A DNA stretch of 64,000 nt. It comes from an uncultured delta proteobacterium. Its GTDB lineage: Bacteria; Myxococcota_A; Polyangia; Polyangiales; Polyangiaceae. Position 1 is the stretch's first letter. Each line of letters begins with the position of its first letter. The DNA lies in contig CAWKKR010000005.1 in the NCBI GenBank assembly GCA_963850305.1, positions 1-64,000 on the forward strand, written 5' to 3'. Below, piece after piece: positions 30,786 to 41,692 of this stretch. The position numbers and the translations under genes were made by a program. The notes beneath the pieces are model-generated. The model saw only the letters and a program-made list of their open reading frames with translations. It ran no database searches and had not been told where the DNA came from.

Positions 30786-31555
30786 ATGCCGAGCGCAAGC
30801 GGCCCAAGCTGGCCGTCTGGAAGTTCTCGTCGTGCGACGGCTGCCAGCTCCGCCTGCTCGACTGCGAGGACGAGCTCCTGGCCGTCGCCGGGGCCGTCGA
30901 CATCGCCTACTTTCGCGAGGCGACGAGCAGGAGCTCGAAGGGGCCGTACGATCTGTCGCTCGTCGAGGGCTCGATCACCACGCCGCACGACGCCGAGCGC
31001 ATCCGCGAGGTGCGGCGCCGCTCCAGGCACCTCGTCACCATCGGCGCCTGCGCCACGGCGGGCGGCATCCAGGCGCTGCGCAACTTCCGCGACGTGAAGG
31101 AACTCACGTCGCTCGTCTACGCCCGGCCCGAGTACATCGACTCGCTCGCGACGCTCGACGGCCATCGCCGACCACGTGCCGGTCGACTTCGAGCTGCGCG
31201 GCTGCCCGCCGAACAAGCGCCAGCTGCTCGAGGTGGTGAGCGCCTTCCTGCACGGCCGCAAGCCGAACATCGCCGCCCACAGCGCGTGCGTCGAGTGCAA
31301 GCTGCGCGGCAACGTCTGCGTGATGGTGGCGCGGCACGCCCTGCCTGGGCCCGGTCACGCACGCGGGCTGCGGCGCGCTCTGCCCGGGCTACGCCCGCGG
31401 CTGCTACGGCTGCTTCGGGCCGATGGAGGCGCCGAACACGGCTCGCTGGCCGGGCGTTCGCGCGCTCCGGGGTGTCGAGCGCGGACCTCGTGCGCGTGTT
31501 CCGCACCTTCAACGCCAACGCGCCGGCGTTCCGCGAGGAGAGCGCAGAGGCATGA
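30786..31555 (+). CDS. hydD: Group 3b hydrogenase delta (small) subunit (frameshifted)
   Basis: [61 protein letters not shown]. Confidence 0.9.
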
Positions 31556-32879
31556 GTGCAGAAGACCGAGAGCGAACGGCCGCGCGCCGGCAGCGACTCG
31601 GACCATCAAGGTCGACTACCTCGCGCGCGTCGAGGGCGAGGGCTCGCTCACCATCGGCTCGAGGGCGACGAGGCCGAGGTGCGCCTCGGGATCTTCGAGC
31701 CGCCGCGCTTCTTCGAGGCGCTCCTGCGCGGACGCGCTCATCGAGAGGCGCCGCGACATCACCTCGCGCATCTGCGGCATCTGCCCGGTCGCCTACAGAT
31801 GAGCGCCTGCCACGCGATCGAGGACGCGCACGGGATCCGCGTCGGCGGCCGAGCTCCGGGCGCTCCGCCGGCTGCTCTACTGCGGCGAGTGGATCGAGAG
31901 CCACGTGCTCCACGTGGTGATGCTCCACGCGCCCGACTTCCTCGGCTACCCGGACGCCATCGCGATGGCGAAGGACCACGGCGACGAGGTGAAGAACGGC
32001 CTGCGCATCAAGAAGGCGGGCAACGCCATCGTGCGCCTGCTCGGCGGCCGGGAGATCCACCCCGTCAACGTGCGCGTCGGCGGCTTCTACCGCGCGCCGA
32101 CGAGGGCGCGAGCTCGGCGCGCTGCTGCCCGAGCTGCGTGGGCCGCGAGGCGCCGCGGCGAGCTGCCTGAGTGGGTGTCCGCGCTTCCCCTTCCCCGACC
32201 TCGAGCGCGACTACGAGATCGTCGCGCTCCGCCACCCGCGACGAGTACCCGATGTGCGAGGGCCGCATCGTGTCGTCGAAGGGCCTCGACATCGCCGCTG
32301 CGGGACTACGACGCGACTTCGTCGAGGAGCACGTGCCCCACTCGAACGCGCTCCACTCGCGCATTCAAGGGCCGCGGCGCGTACCTCTGCGGGCCGCTCG
32401 CGCGCTTCAACCTCAACTTCGACCGCCTCTCGCCGGACGCTCGCAGAGGCGGCCGAGATCGGGCTCTCGCCGTACCGTGCAAGAACCCCTTCAAGAGCAT
32501 CCTCGTGCGGCTCGTCGAGATGATCCACGCCTTCGAGGACGCCGGCCGCGATCATCGGGGCTACGCGCCGCCGCCGACGCCGTTCGTCGAGGCCCCGCCG
32601 CGCGCCGCCACCGGCTACGCCGCCACCGAGGCGCCGCGCGGGCTCCTCTACCACCGCTACACGCTCGACGATGACGGGCACATCACCGACGCGAAGATCG
32701 TCCCGCCGACGTCGCAGAACCAGCGCACCATCGAGGAGGACCTCTTCGCCCTGGCGGCCGAGCTCGCCCGGCTCCCGAAGCGCGAGGCGACGCAGCGCGC
32801 GGAGCAGGCCATCCGCAACTACGATCCGTGCATCTCCTGCGCGACGCACTTCCTCACGCTGAACGTGGAGAGAGAATGA
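31552..32879 (+). CDS. hydA: Group 3b [NiFe] hydrogenase alpha (large) subunit (frameshifted)
   Basis: ARVEGEG, EPPRFFE, L1 [28 protein letters not shown]2 [10 protein letters not shown] plus C-terminal extension. Confidence 0.93.
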
Positions 32880-33343
32880 GAACGCGCACCCTCGTCGTGA
32901 GCGTGGGGCAGAGGGCCGCGGGAGACGATGGCGTCGGCATCGCCGTGCTCGATGAGCTCGGGCGACGAGACGTGCCGGAAGGAACGGAGCTGCTTCATCT
33001 CGTCGATCCGACGGACCTCGTCACCCTTCTGGAGCGCGGGGAGCGGGTCGTGCTCGTGGACGCCGTCCTCGGCTCACCCCCCGGCGTCGTGGTGGAGCTC
33101 GAGCCGGAGGAGCTGTCGGCGCGCGCGTCTCACCCCGCGTCCTCGCACGGGCTCGGAGCAGCGCAGGCCATTCGACTCGCCAGAGCCCTATCGTCGGACG
33201 ACGCGGCGCCGCACCTCAGGGTCGTGGCAGTCAGCATCGCTCGGCCGAATCGCTACCGCGTCGGCCTCTCACCCGAAGTGTCCGCCGCCGTGCCCGCGGC
33301 TGCCAATCGCGTGCTCGCGCTTCTCGAGGTGGACCGTGCATGA
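32876..33343 (+). CDS. Hydrogenase maturation protease
   Basis: [25 protein letters not shown]. Confidence 0.88.
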   Translation: MRTRTLVVSVGQRAAGDDGVGIAVLDELGRRDVPEGTELLHLVDPTDLVTLLERGERVVLVDAVLGSPPGVVVELEPEELSARASHPASSHGLGAAQAIRLARALSSDDAAPHLRVVAVSIARPNRYRVGLSPEVSAAVPAAANRVLALLEVDRA

Positions 33344-33677
33344 GTCGTCCCTGGCCAAGCAGATCCTCGATGCCGTGCTCGATCGCGCCCGTACCGCCCA
33401 GGCGGGGCGGGTACGACGGGTTCGCGGGTGGATAGCGGAGACCGAGGCCCTGTCGCCGCGAAGCCTCGGTTTCCACTTTGCGGCGCATGCGCGCGGCACG
33501 CTCGCCGAAGGTGCCGAGCTCGAGCTCCGGCTCGTTCACATCCAGGCACGGTGTCTCGCCTGCAAGACGACGTATGCGCCGGATCACCATCTGCTCCTGT
33601 GCCCCGCCTGCGGCAGCACGGACGGGGAGGAGCTCGGCAAGACCGGGCTCGGCATCGAGACGCTAGAGGTCGACTGA
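33336..33677 (+). CDS. hypA: Hydrogenase nickel incorporation protein
   Basis: GTG start giving MHESSLA; CLAC..CPACGS zinc site. Confidence 0.9.
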   Translation: MHESSLAKQILDAVLDRARTAQAGRVRRVRGWIAETEALSPRSLGFHFAAHARGTLAEGAELELRLVHIQARCLACKTTYAPDHHLLLCPACGSTDGEELGKTGLGIETLEVD

Positions 33678-33678
33678 C

Positions 33679-35964
33679 GTGCGTCGCCTGGCCGTCACCG
33701 TCGAGGGCACCGTGCAGGGAGTCGGGTTTCGCCCGTTCGTCTACGCCGCAGCCACGTCACGAGGCCTCTCGGGATGGGTCCGGAACGGAGCGGATGCCGT
33801 ACGGCTCGAAGTCCAGGGCCCCGATGAGAAGGTGCAAGGCTTCTTGGACGCGCTTCGGTCGCCCCCGGCGGCGGCACGAGTCGACCGAATCGACGCACAC
33901 GACCTCCCGGTTGGATTGCCCGGCGGCTTCGAGATCCTCGCGAGTGCGCTCGCGAAAGGAACAACACGCCCAACTCTCCCTGCAGACCTCGGCATTTGCC
34001 GAGAGTGCACGGCGGAAATGGATGACCCGCGCGCACGCCGCCACCGTTACCCGTTCACGAATTGTACGCAGTGCGGGCCGCGCTACTCCATCGCTCTCGC
34101 GTTGCCCTACGACCGGTCGCACACGTCGATGAAGGGGTTCCAGCTCTGCGCCGCATGCGTGGCGGAGTACGCCGAGCCCCGAGACCGCAGGTTCCATGCG
34201 CAGCCCATCGCTTGCCCCGCCTGTGGACCGAGCGTGCGCCTCGTGTCCCCCAGCGGTGCCGACCTCGCAGACGGTCGGGCCGCCATCGACGAAGCGGCAC
34301 GGATGCTGCTTCGCGGGGATGTCCTCGCCCTGAAGGGGCTCGGGGGATTCCAGCTCTTGGTCGATGCGACGAGTCAGGCTGCCGTCGCCAAGCTCCGGGA
34401 ACGAAAGCGACGCGAAGAGAAGCCGTTCGCCGTCATGTTTCCGTCCGCGGAGGCCGCTCGCGAGAGCTGCCTTCTTTCTGAGGACGACGAGACGGCGCTC
34501 GGCTCCGTCCAAGCTCCGATCCTGCTCGTCCGCCGACGCCATGAGGGGTGTCAGGTGGCAGCGGGAGTCGCGCCTCGAAACCCGTGGCTCGGCGTGATGC
34601 TGCCCTACACGCCGCTCCACCGGCTGCTGCTCGCCGCGACAGGCTGCCCGCTCGTCTGCACCAGCGGGAATCTCTCGGAAGATCCCATGTGTACCGACGA
34701 GCGCGAGGCGCGGGAGCGCCTCGATGGCATCGCCGATTGCTTCCTGGTGCATGACCGCCCCATCGTTCGGCCCATCGATGACTCCGTCGCGCGCATCGAC
34801 AGCCGCGGTCTCCAGATCCTGCGCCGGGCGCGCGGCTTCGCGCCTCTTGCGTTGCGGCTGCCGGGAGCCGATTCGCGCTGCATTCTTGCGACAGGGGCGC
34901 AGCAGAAGAGCACGGTCGCGCTCGCCACGGGCGGAGACGTCGTGGTGAGTCAACATCTCGGAGATCTCTTCACTGCCGAGGGGGTGGCTCTGCTCGAGCG
35001 CACGGCCCTGGATCTGATGCGCTTCTTCGACGCCGAGCCCGAGCTCATCGCCTGCGATCTCCACCCCGACTACGCGAGCACGCGTCTCGCGGAGAAGCTC
35101 AGCTCGCTCTTTCGCGTGCCTGTCGAGCGGGTTCAACACCACCACGCGCACATCGCGGCGTGCGTCGCGGAGCATGGCCTGAAGGGCCCGGTGCTCGGCC
35201 TTGCCTGGGATGGTGCGGGGCTCGGCACCGATGGGACCATCTGGGGTGGCGAGGCCTTGGTCGTCGATGGTGCGTCGTGCCGTCGCGTCGCACACCTTCG
35301 TCCGTTCTCGCTGCCCGGCGGTGAGGCTGCGATGCGCGAGCCGTGGCGATCCGCGCTGGGCTTGCTCTTCGAGATCTCGGGCCGAGGTGCCGTCGAGCAC
35401 GTCGAGATGGAGCCGTCTCGCGCTCGCACCCTGCTGTCGATGCTCGATGCTCGGGTGGCCTGCCCGCGGACCTCCAGCATGGGTCGGCTGTTCGATGCCG
35501 TGGCGTTCCTGACGGGGGTGCGTGAGCGAGCGGGGTACGAGGGTCAGGCGGCGGTGGAGCTCGAGCACGCGGCAGACGGCGTCACGGATCGAGTGGCATA
35601 CCCGCTCCTCCTCCGTCCCGGGGAGCCGGCGGTCGCCGACTGGGAGCCACTCGTGCGCGCGCTGCTCCGCGATCGCGCGCGGCACGTCCCGACGGGCGTC
35701 ATGTCGGCCCGCTTCCACGACGCGCTCGTCGACCTGGCGGAAAGCGTGGCGCTTCGGGTGGGCTTGCCACAGGTGGTTCTGTCGGGAGGGTGCTTCCAGA
35801 ATCTCCGCCTCATCGAGTCCGTGCGGCAGCGTCTCTCTGCACGCGGATTCGACGTTCGTTCACCGCGGAAGTATCCGCCCAACGACGGTGGCATTTCGCT
35901 GGGGCAGCTCCACGTCGCTGCGTGCAGAAGGGACTCGGGCGATGTGCCTCGGCATACCGGGTGA
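33679..35964 (+). CDS. hypF: Carbamoyltransferase HypF
   Basis: GTVQGVGFRPFVY, YPFTNCTQCGPRY, RRFHAQPIACPACGP, DLHPDY, QHHHAH, TSSMGRLFDA, PPNDGGISLGQ. Confidence 0.97.
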   Translation: MRRLAVTVEGTVQGVGFRPFVYAAATSRGLSGWVRNGADAVRLEVQGPDEKVQGFLDALRSPPAAARVDRIDAHDLPVGLPGGFEILASALAKGTTRPTLPADLGICRECTAEMDDPRARRHRYPFTNCTQCGPRYSIALALPYDRSHTSMKGFQLCAACVAEYAEPRDRRFHAQPIACPACGPSVRLVSPSGADLADGRAAIDEAARMLLRGDVLALKGLGGFQLLVDATSQAAVAKLRERKRREEKPFAVMFPSAEAARESCLLSEDDETALGSVQAPILLVRRRHEGCQVAAGVAPRNPWLGVMLPYTPLHRLLLAATGCPLVCTSGNLSEDPMCTDEREARERLDGIADCFLVHDRPIVRPIDDSVARIDSRGLQILRRARGFAPLALRLPGADSRCILATGAQQKSTVALATGGDVVVSQHLGDLFTAEGVALLERTALDLMRFFDAEPELIACDLHPDYASTRLAEKLSSLFRVPVERVQHHHAHIAACVAEHGLKGPVLGLAWDGAGLGTDGTIWGGEALVVDGASCRRVAHLRPFSLPGGEAAMREPWRSALGLLFEISGRGAVEHVEMEPSRARTLLSMLDARVACPRTSSMGRLFDAVAFLTGVRERAGYEGQAAVELEHAADGVTDRVAYPLLLRPGEPAVADWEPLVRALLRDRARHVPTGVMSARFHDALVDLAESVALRVGLPQVVLSGGCFQNLRLIESVRQRLSARGFDVRSPRKYPPNDGGISLGQLHVAACRRDSGDVPRHTG

Positions 35965-36190
35965 GGTGAAGAGCATCACGGAGGGTCCGCTCCGCACCGG
36001 CCAGGTGGCGTTTGGCGGCGTGCTCAAGGACGTGTGTCTGGCTTACGTCCCCGAGGCCAGCGTGGGCGATTTCGTCATCGTGCATGCGGGGTTCGCGATC
36101 AGCCTTCTGGACGCGGAGCGCGCCGAGCGAGTGTTCTCGTACCTGGAGGAGGTCGGTGCCATGAGCGAGGTCGAGGAGGAGGAACCATGA
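35942..36190 (+). CDS. hypC: Hydrogenase chaperone HypC
   Basis: [20 protein letters not shown]. Confidence 0.95.
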   Translation: MCLGIPGEVKSITEGPLRTGQVAFGGVLKDVCLAYVPEASVGDFVIVHAGFAISLLDAERAERVFSYLEEVGAMSEVEEEEP

Positions 36191-37302
36191 GGTACATCGA
36201 CGAGTATCGCGACGGTGACGTCGCGCGGCGCTACACCTCGGCGCTGCGCGCCCTTGTCACTCGCCCCTGGAACATCATGGAGGTCTGCGGCGGCCAGACC
36301 CACGCGATCGTCCGCTTCGGGCTGGACGAGCTGCTTCCCGAAGAGGTCACGCTCATCCACGGCCCGGGCTGCCCGGTGTGCGTCACCCCGGTGGCGATGA
36401 TCGACAAGGCGCTCGCCATCGCGGCCGTCCCGAGCGTCATCTTTTGCTCCTTCGGCGACATGCTGCGCGTGCCTGGCTCGGGGAGGGACCTCCTCGCGGT
36501 CAAATCGGAGGGCGGCGACGTCCGTGTGGTCTACTCGCCGATGGACGCTCTCGAATCTCGCCGAGGAGAATCCCACCGCGAGGTCGTCTTCTTCGCCGTG
36601 GGGTTCGAGACGACGGCTCCGGCGAACGCCATGGCGGCGTTCGAGGCGAGACGCCGCGGCGTTCGAAACTTCTCGCTGCTCGTCGCGCACGTGACCGTCC
36701 CCCCGGCGATGGAGGCCATCCTCTCGTCGCCTAGTTGCCGAGTGGACGGCTTTCTCGCCGCAGGGCACGTCTGCACCGTGATGGGTCTCACCGAGTACAG
36801 GCCGCTCGTCGAAAGGTTCCGGGTCCCCGTCGTCGCGACGGGCTTCGAGCCGCTCGACATTCTCCAGGGCATCACCATGTGCGTGCGCCAGCTCGAGGAG
36901 GGGCGCGCCGAGCTGGAGAATCAGTACGAGCGTTCGGTTCGCGCGTCGGGGAATCCGCTCGCGAAGGAGATGATTCGCGAGGTCTTCGAAATCGTCCCGA
37001 GGGTCTGGCGGGGTATCGGCAGCATCCCGGAGAGCGGCTTCTCACTCCGGGCGGCCTACGCGGACCTCGACGCCGAACGGAAGTTCGACGTGGAGGACGT
37101 GGGGGGGCGGGAATCGCCGGAATGCAGGAGCGGGCTCGTCCTCCAGGGGCTGCTCAAGCCGCCCGATTGCCCCGCGTTCGGACGATCGTGCACACCGGAC
37201 CATCCGCTCGGTGCCACGATGGTCTCCTCCGAGGGCGCCTGCGCCGCTTACTACCGTTACCGGAGGCTTCCCGAGTCATGTCCCCCCTCGACTTCGCGCT
37301 GA
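36187..37302 (+). CDS. hypD: Hydrogenase formation protein HypD
   Basis: [40 protein letters not shown]. Confidence 0.97.
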   Translation: MRYIDEYRDGDVARRYTSALRALVTRPWNIMEVCGGQTHAIVRFGLDELLPEEVTLIHGPGCPVCVTPVAMIDKALAIAAVPSVIFCSFGDMLRVPGSGRDLLAVKSEGGDVRVVYSPMDALESRRGESHREVVFFAVGFETTAPANAMAAFEARRRGVRNFSLLVAHVTVPPAMEAILSSPSCRVDGFLAAGHVCTVMGLTEYRPLVERFRVPVVATGFEPLDILQGITMCVRQLEEGRAELENQYERSVRASGNPLAKEMIREVFEIVPRVWRGIGSIPESGFSLRAAYADLDAERKFDVEDVGGRESPECRSGLVLQGLLKPPDCPAFGRSCTPDHPLGATMVSSEGACAAYYRYRRLPESCPPSTSR

Positions 37303-38330
37303 CGTGTCCCGCGCCCCTCGAGCTACACAAGACGGTGAAGCTCGCTCACGGGGGCGGCGGGAGGCTCACGCGCGAACTCATCGAGGAGCTGTTTCTGCCC
37401 GCGTTCGACGGCGGCGCTCTCCGCGAGCGTCACGACAGCGCCGTGCTCCCGTTCGGTGGCGGACGCCTCGCGTTTACGACGGACAGCTACGTCGTCCAGC
37501 CCCTGTTCTTCCCGGGCGGCGACATCGGCACCCTGGCCGTGTTCGGCACCGTGAACGATCTGGCGATGGCCGGAGCACGCCCCCTCTACCTGAGCGCCGG
37601 CTTCATTCTCGAGGAGGGGCTACCCATGGACGATCTGTGCCGCGTCGTCGCGTCGATGCGCGCCGCGGCCGAGGCGTGCGGCGTGGAGCTCGTCACGGGG
37701 GACACGAAGGTCGTGGATCGCGGCAAGGGAGACGGCCTCTTCGTGAACACCTCGGGGATCGGTGTCGTGCGCCCGGACGTGGCGATCCACCCCCGCCGCA
37801 TCCGGCCAGGAGATGCGATCGTCCTCTCGGGGGACGTGGGCAGGCACGGAGTCGCCGTGCTGTCGGTGCGTAAAGGGCTGGAGTTCGAGGGATCCATCGA
37901 GAGCGATTGCGCCTCGCTCGCGCCGCAGGTTGTCGCGCTGCTCGATGCCGGCATCGAGGTGCACTGCCTCCGTGACGCAACACGCGGCGGTCTCGCGACC
38001 GCACTCAACGAGCTGGCGCTGGACGCGGGTGTCAGCATCGAAGTGGTGGAGCGATCCATTCCGGTATCGGACGCGGTCGCGGGGGCCTGCGAGCTGCTCG
38101 GGCTCGATCCCCTCTACGTCGCGTGCGAAGGGCGGATGGTCGCGTTCGTTCCTGAGCCACACCTGGACCGTGCTCTCGTGGCTCTCCGCTCGTGTCCGCT
38201 GGGGTACCAGGCCGTCCGTATCGGGCACGTCGGGGCGAGCCCGAGCGGGCGCGTGACGCTCGAGACGAGGATGGGCTCGCGCCGCCTTCTCGACCTGCTC
38301 TCCGGCGAGCAGCTCCCTCGGATCTGCTAG
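37278..38330 (+). CDS. hypE: Hydrogenase maturation protein HypE
   Basis: [38 protein letters not shown]-terminal LPRIC. Confidence 0.97.
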   Translation: MSPLDFALTCPAPLELHKTVKLAHGGGGRLTRELIEELFLPAFDGGALRERHDSAVLPFGGGRLAFTTDSYVVQPLFFPGGDIGTLAVFGTVNDLAMAGARPLYLSAGFILEEGLPMDDLCRVVASMRAAAEACGVELVTGDTKVVDRGKGDGLFVNTSGIGVVRPDVAIHPRRIRPGDAIVLSGDVGRHGVAVLSVRKGLEFEGSIESDCASLAPQVVALLDAGIEVHCLRDATRGGLATALNELALDAGVSIEVVERSIPVSDAVAGACELLGLDPLYVACEGRMVAFVPEPHLDRALVALRSCPLGYQAVRIGHVGASPSGRVTLETRMGSRRLLDLLSGEQLPRIC

Positions 38331-38384
38331 GTGAGCAGGGCCTCCGCGGCGGGCACGCCGCACTGCCCGCCGAGAAGATCGAAT

Positions 38385-39663
38385 TCAGCGTTCCGCGCCG
38401 GAACGGACGGGGCCACGACGTCGATAGGGGATCCTATACAGCCGCTCCCTGGCTCGCAGCTCGCAGCCCGATCTGCGCGGCGAGCGCGTCATACTCCTTA
38501 CCCCGCGCTGGAATGCCAGCGAGAGGTGGCTCGCATGGGCGCGTATCCAGGGATCTCCCCCGTCCTCGACGACATAGCGTCCTCGAGGCTCGAGAAACGC
38601 ACGCGCTTCGAGAGCAAAATCGTCCGCCATACGACCGATGTCGGTGGTCGCGGTCTCCCCTCTGATGGCCGAGGCAAGACCCGTTCCGAGCGCGCGTGCT
38701 TCGGCGAGGCCGGCGTTGAGCGAGAAGCCGACTGCCGAAAGTGCGGTGTGTGCGGCGCTGCCCGCCAGCCAGACCTTGCCGCGGCCACGGTGCGTCGAGA
38801 CCTGGCTCGCGTACGGCATGACGGCAGCCCAGTCGATGTCGCCGATGGGTGCTTGAAACCACGGCGCGCGCGCCCGCAGGAGATCGCGCAAGCCCTCAGG
38901 CGTGAGTCTGTCCTCCGGATACGTTCCACCATCGACGATGGAAACTCCACTGCAGCATGCCGTGCGGAAGCGGGAACACCGAGCAGATGCCGTGCTCGCC
39001 CACGATTACCCGCGCTTCGTCACCCGGCGTCCACGAAGACGAGAGCTCGAAGACGACTCGAACCCCCGTCGTCCCGGCGCGTTCGTACCTGCCGCCCAGG
39101 AAGAGCCGCACGATCGAGTCCTCGCCGTCCGCCCCGATTACCCCGTGCGTCTCGTAAGAGAGCGATCGCGCTACCATTTCCTCGACACCCGCGATCGCGT
39201 AACCGGTGGACTCGCGATCCAGCTCGTCGACCCGCGCGATCAATGCCTCGCCCTTTTGCTCGAGCGAAGCCAGCCGCTGATGCGAGCTGACGAAGACGTC
39301 CCGCGAGGCCAGCACGTCGACCAGATGGTCGATGAGCGCCCGCTGAGGGAGCACCAGTGCGAAGGGATACGGTTCTTCGAGCTGGGAGAGCTCCAGCAGC
39401 GCGTGACGCGTCCCCTGTTCGTCCCAGAAGCCGACACGCTCGATACGCGCGCCGACCCCGAGCAACCCGTACACCGTACCGAGTTCGTGCAGCAAGGCCA
39501 GCGACTGCGGGTGCAAGAGCACTGCACCGGCACGCTGTTCTACCTGCCATCTCCGATCCACGATTGTGAGCCGAAGACCAGCCCGTGCGAGAGAGGCCGC
39601 TGCGCAAAGGCCCACGGGGCCCGCGCCCACGACGAGTGCATCCGTTTGGTGTCTGTGGAACAT
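38385..39663 (-). CDS. FAD-dependent monooxygenase (FAD_binding_3), frameshifted/degenerate
   Basis: LVVGAGPVGL, VIGADGEDSIVR in ORF 38896; VWLAGSAAH..GFSLNAGLAEA in ORF 38385. Confidence 0.8.
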
Positions 39664-39753
39664 CTCGAAACCCTCTAACTTGCCCCGAAATCTCTAGCAG
39701 GGCGCAGGCTACATCGTCCGTGCCATCTGTCGTCACGTTCATCGGCGAGGCAC

Positions 39754-40818
39754 TCACTCGGCCGGAACGAGGTGTCCGTGGGAGCTCGGCTCGAGACCCA
39801 ATTCACGGAGCTCCTGGGCGCGGGCACGCCGGACAACGCCGTTGACGTGCCCTGGAAGTCGTTCGTCACGAGACTCCGGTGGCGAGCGGTGGAGCCACGC
39901 TCCCGGGCGACCGTTCAAGCGTTCCAGGAGGATCTCCAGATCGCTCGTTCCCCGCAGGCTGTCGATCACACGCTCCGGGGTTCCCCAGTCCGACCATCCA
40001 CACCGCGACAGCCGAACGACCCGAAGCTTTCGAGCGTTTTGCAGAACGTCGCGCGAAAAATCGGCGGGCGCCATTCGCGCGTAGAGGTCCCGCAGGACGT
40101 CATTTGCGAACGATGTCCCGCGAAGGCAATTGAGGTTCGCGGTCTGCGAGGGGAGGTGCTCACCTGCAAGATCCCACAAGACGCGGGCCTGGGCGACGAT
40201 GACGAACGTGTTCCAGAGCGCGCCGGAGTCGAAGAGTGCCTCTGCTACTCGAGCGGCAGGCTTCTCTTCGAACCTGCAGACGCGGTGGGAGTCCGGGCAC
40301 TCATCCGGAGAGCCCACGATCCATCCGTACTGCGTCTCCGGTCCGTCCGGAACGGCGCCCAGCAGCACGACCGATCCGCTCCTGGCGACCGCTTCCGCGC
40401 GTCGGACCGATTCAATGAACGGCGTGACGTCCTGGACATAATGGTCCGAGGGGGTCACGACGACGATTGCCTCCGGGTCGCGCGAAATGACCCGTGCGAG
40501 CGGGAGCAGCAGGCCGGGCCCCGTTCCGAGGTTCATCGGTTGGGCGATGACATCGATCCCCGGAAAGCCCGTCACCCTGGTGCGCGCGAGGCCCTCGCGC
40601 TCTGCCTGCGCGACGACCACGGTTCGTTCGGGCGGAGTGAGCTCAGCGGTTCTGAGGAGTGTCGTTTCGAGCAAGGAGCGCTGCCCCTGGAGAATGGCGA
40701 ATTGCTTGGGCAGAGCTTCGCCGTGAAGGGCGCGCGTCAGTGACTGGAGGCGCGTTCCGTCTCCGGCCGCAAGAACGATTGTCCAGAGGTGCGCCACCGC
40801 TCGTCCGTTTCGTTGCAT
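39754..40818 (-). CDS. Sugar-phosphate nucleotidyltransferase (mannose-1-phosphate guanylyltransferase-like), paralogue 1
   Basis: IVLAAGDGTRL, PKQFA, QPMNLGTGP, PSDHYV, ETQYGWI, FEEKP, ALWNTF, WSDWGTP; start ATG 40818. Confidence 0.9.
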   Translation of the reverse strand: MQRNGRAVAHLWTIVLAAGDGTRLQSLTRALHGEALPKQFAILQGQRSLLETTLLRTAELTPPERTVVVAQAEREGLARTRVTGFPGIDVIAQPMNLGTGPGLLLPLARVISRDPEAIVVVTPSDHYVQDVTPFIESVRRAEAVARSGSVVLLGAVPDGPETQYGWIVGSPDECPDSHRVCRFEEKPAARVAEALFDSGALWNTFVIVAQARVLWDLAGEHLPSQTANLNCLRGTSFANDVLRDLYARMAPADFSRDVLQNARKLRVVRLSRCGWSDWGTPERVIDSLRGTSDLEILLERLNGRPGAWLHRSPPESRDERLPGHVNGVVRRARAQELRELGLEPSSHGHLVPAE

Positions 40819-40856
40819 CAGACCGTTTCCCTTCTTCCCCGGAGGTCCGTCCCGCT

Positions 40857-40872
40857 TGCAGTACGCATGCCA
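40857..40872 (-). promoter_or_regulatory. Sigma54 -24/-12 promoter
   Basis: TGGCATGCGTACTGCA on the minus strand, ~40 bp before ATG 40818. Confidence 0.65.
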
Positions 40873-41279
40873 TGGCGCGTCGTGGGGGCCTGCTCCGCGA
40901 TCCGAACGAGCCAGGCGCGGTGCCCGGTGCAGCGGATGGTGTTGTTGGCCCCAGGGCGGAAAGGGCCGCGACGTGTCGGCGGGGGGCGCGTGTCGTCCAC
41001 GAGCCTCTACGGCGTCGCCTTGCAGCGCAGCCAAGCGTGCAGCGGAGGCCGTCCCGTAGCGATAGACCGGCGCGCAGCAACTGCACTCGGACGCAAGGCA
41101 TTCATGAACGTCGCTGCAACGGCTCGTGCCGTTCACCGAGGGTTCGGCCCCGCGTGGGAGAGCCACTAGCGCCGCGCGGAGCTTACCGCGGGGGCGGGGG
41201 GGCCTCGCGGCGAAGCCGGCGCCCGAACTCCTCAGCGGGGCTTCGGACGGGGGGCACCAGTTCTCAGCGCGTGTCGCAG

Positions 41280-41295
41280 TGGCACGCGCTCTGCA
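41280..41295 (+). promoter_or_regulatory. Sigma54 -24/-12 promoter
   Basis: TGGCACGCGCTCTGCA upstream of the PII-like gene. Confidence 0.7.
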
Positions 41296-41377
41296 GAGTG
41301 GCTGCCGCGCTCCGTTCCGGGCAGTGAGCGTGCCCAGCCGCGCCTGCTAGTCAAGGGCGGAGGACAACAGGACCACG

Positions 41378-41689
41378 ATGAGAATCGTCAAAGCAAAACT
41401 CGTCACGATCGTCTTCCCCTTCGGCACAGGTGCGCGACTCACCAAAGACCCAAAGCAGCTCGGCGCGTCCGGCTACACGACGATGAGGGTGGACGGCTTC
41501 GGCAATCGAGGAGCGCGGAAATATGGCTTGACCGACGGCGCGAACGTCCGCCTGGAAGCGATAGTGACTCCGGAAGTCTGCGATCGCATCTTGAAGCATC
41601 TCGGAAGCCACTACGCGGATATCGCGTTCGTTGCTCATGCGCACGACGTCGAAGCGATCCCCGCCGAGCACTTCGAGCCGTCCGAGTAG
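41378..41689 (+). CDS. PII-like (SbtB/GlnB-fold) signal protein
   Basis: KLVTIV..LGASGYT..DGFGNRG..ANVRLEAIV..DVEAIPAEHF. Confidence 0.75.
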   Translation: MRIVKAKLVTIVFPFGTGARLTKDPKQLGASGYTTMRVDGFGNRGARKYGLTDGANVRLEAIVTPEVCDRILKHLGSHYADIAFVAHAHDVEAIPAEHFEPSE

Positions 41690-41692
41690 CCA

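Noticed and set aside
33757..35718. Long antisense ORFs (also 19018..20706, 20303..22015, 27873..29558)
   Set aside because: Shadow frames of GC-rich genes with Arg/Ala/Pro-rich composition and no motifs.
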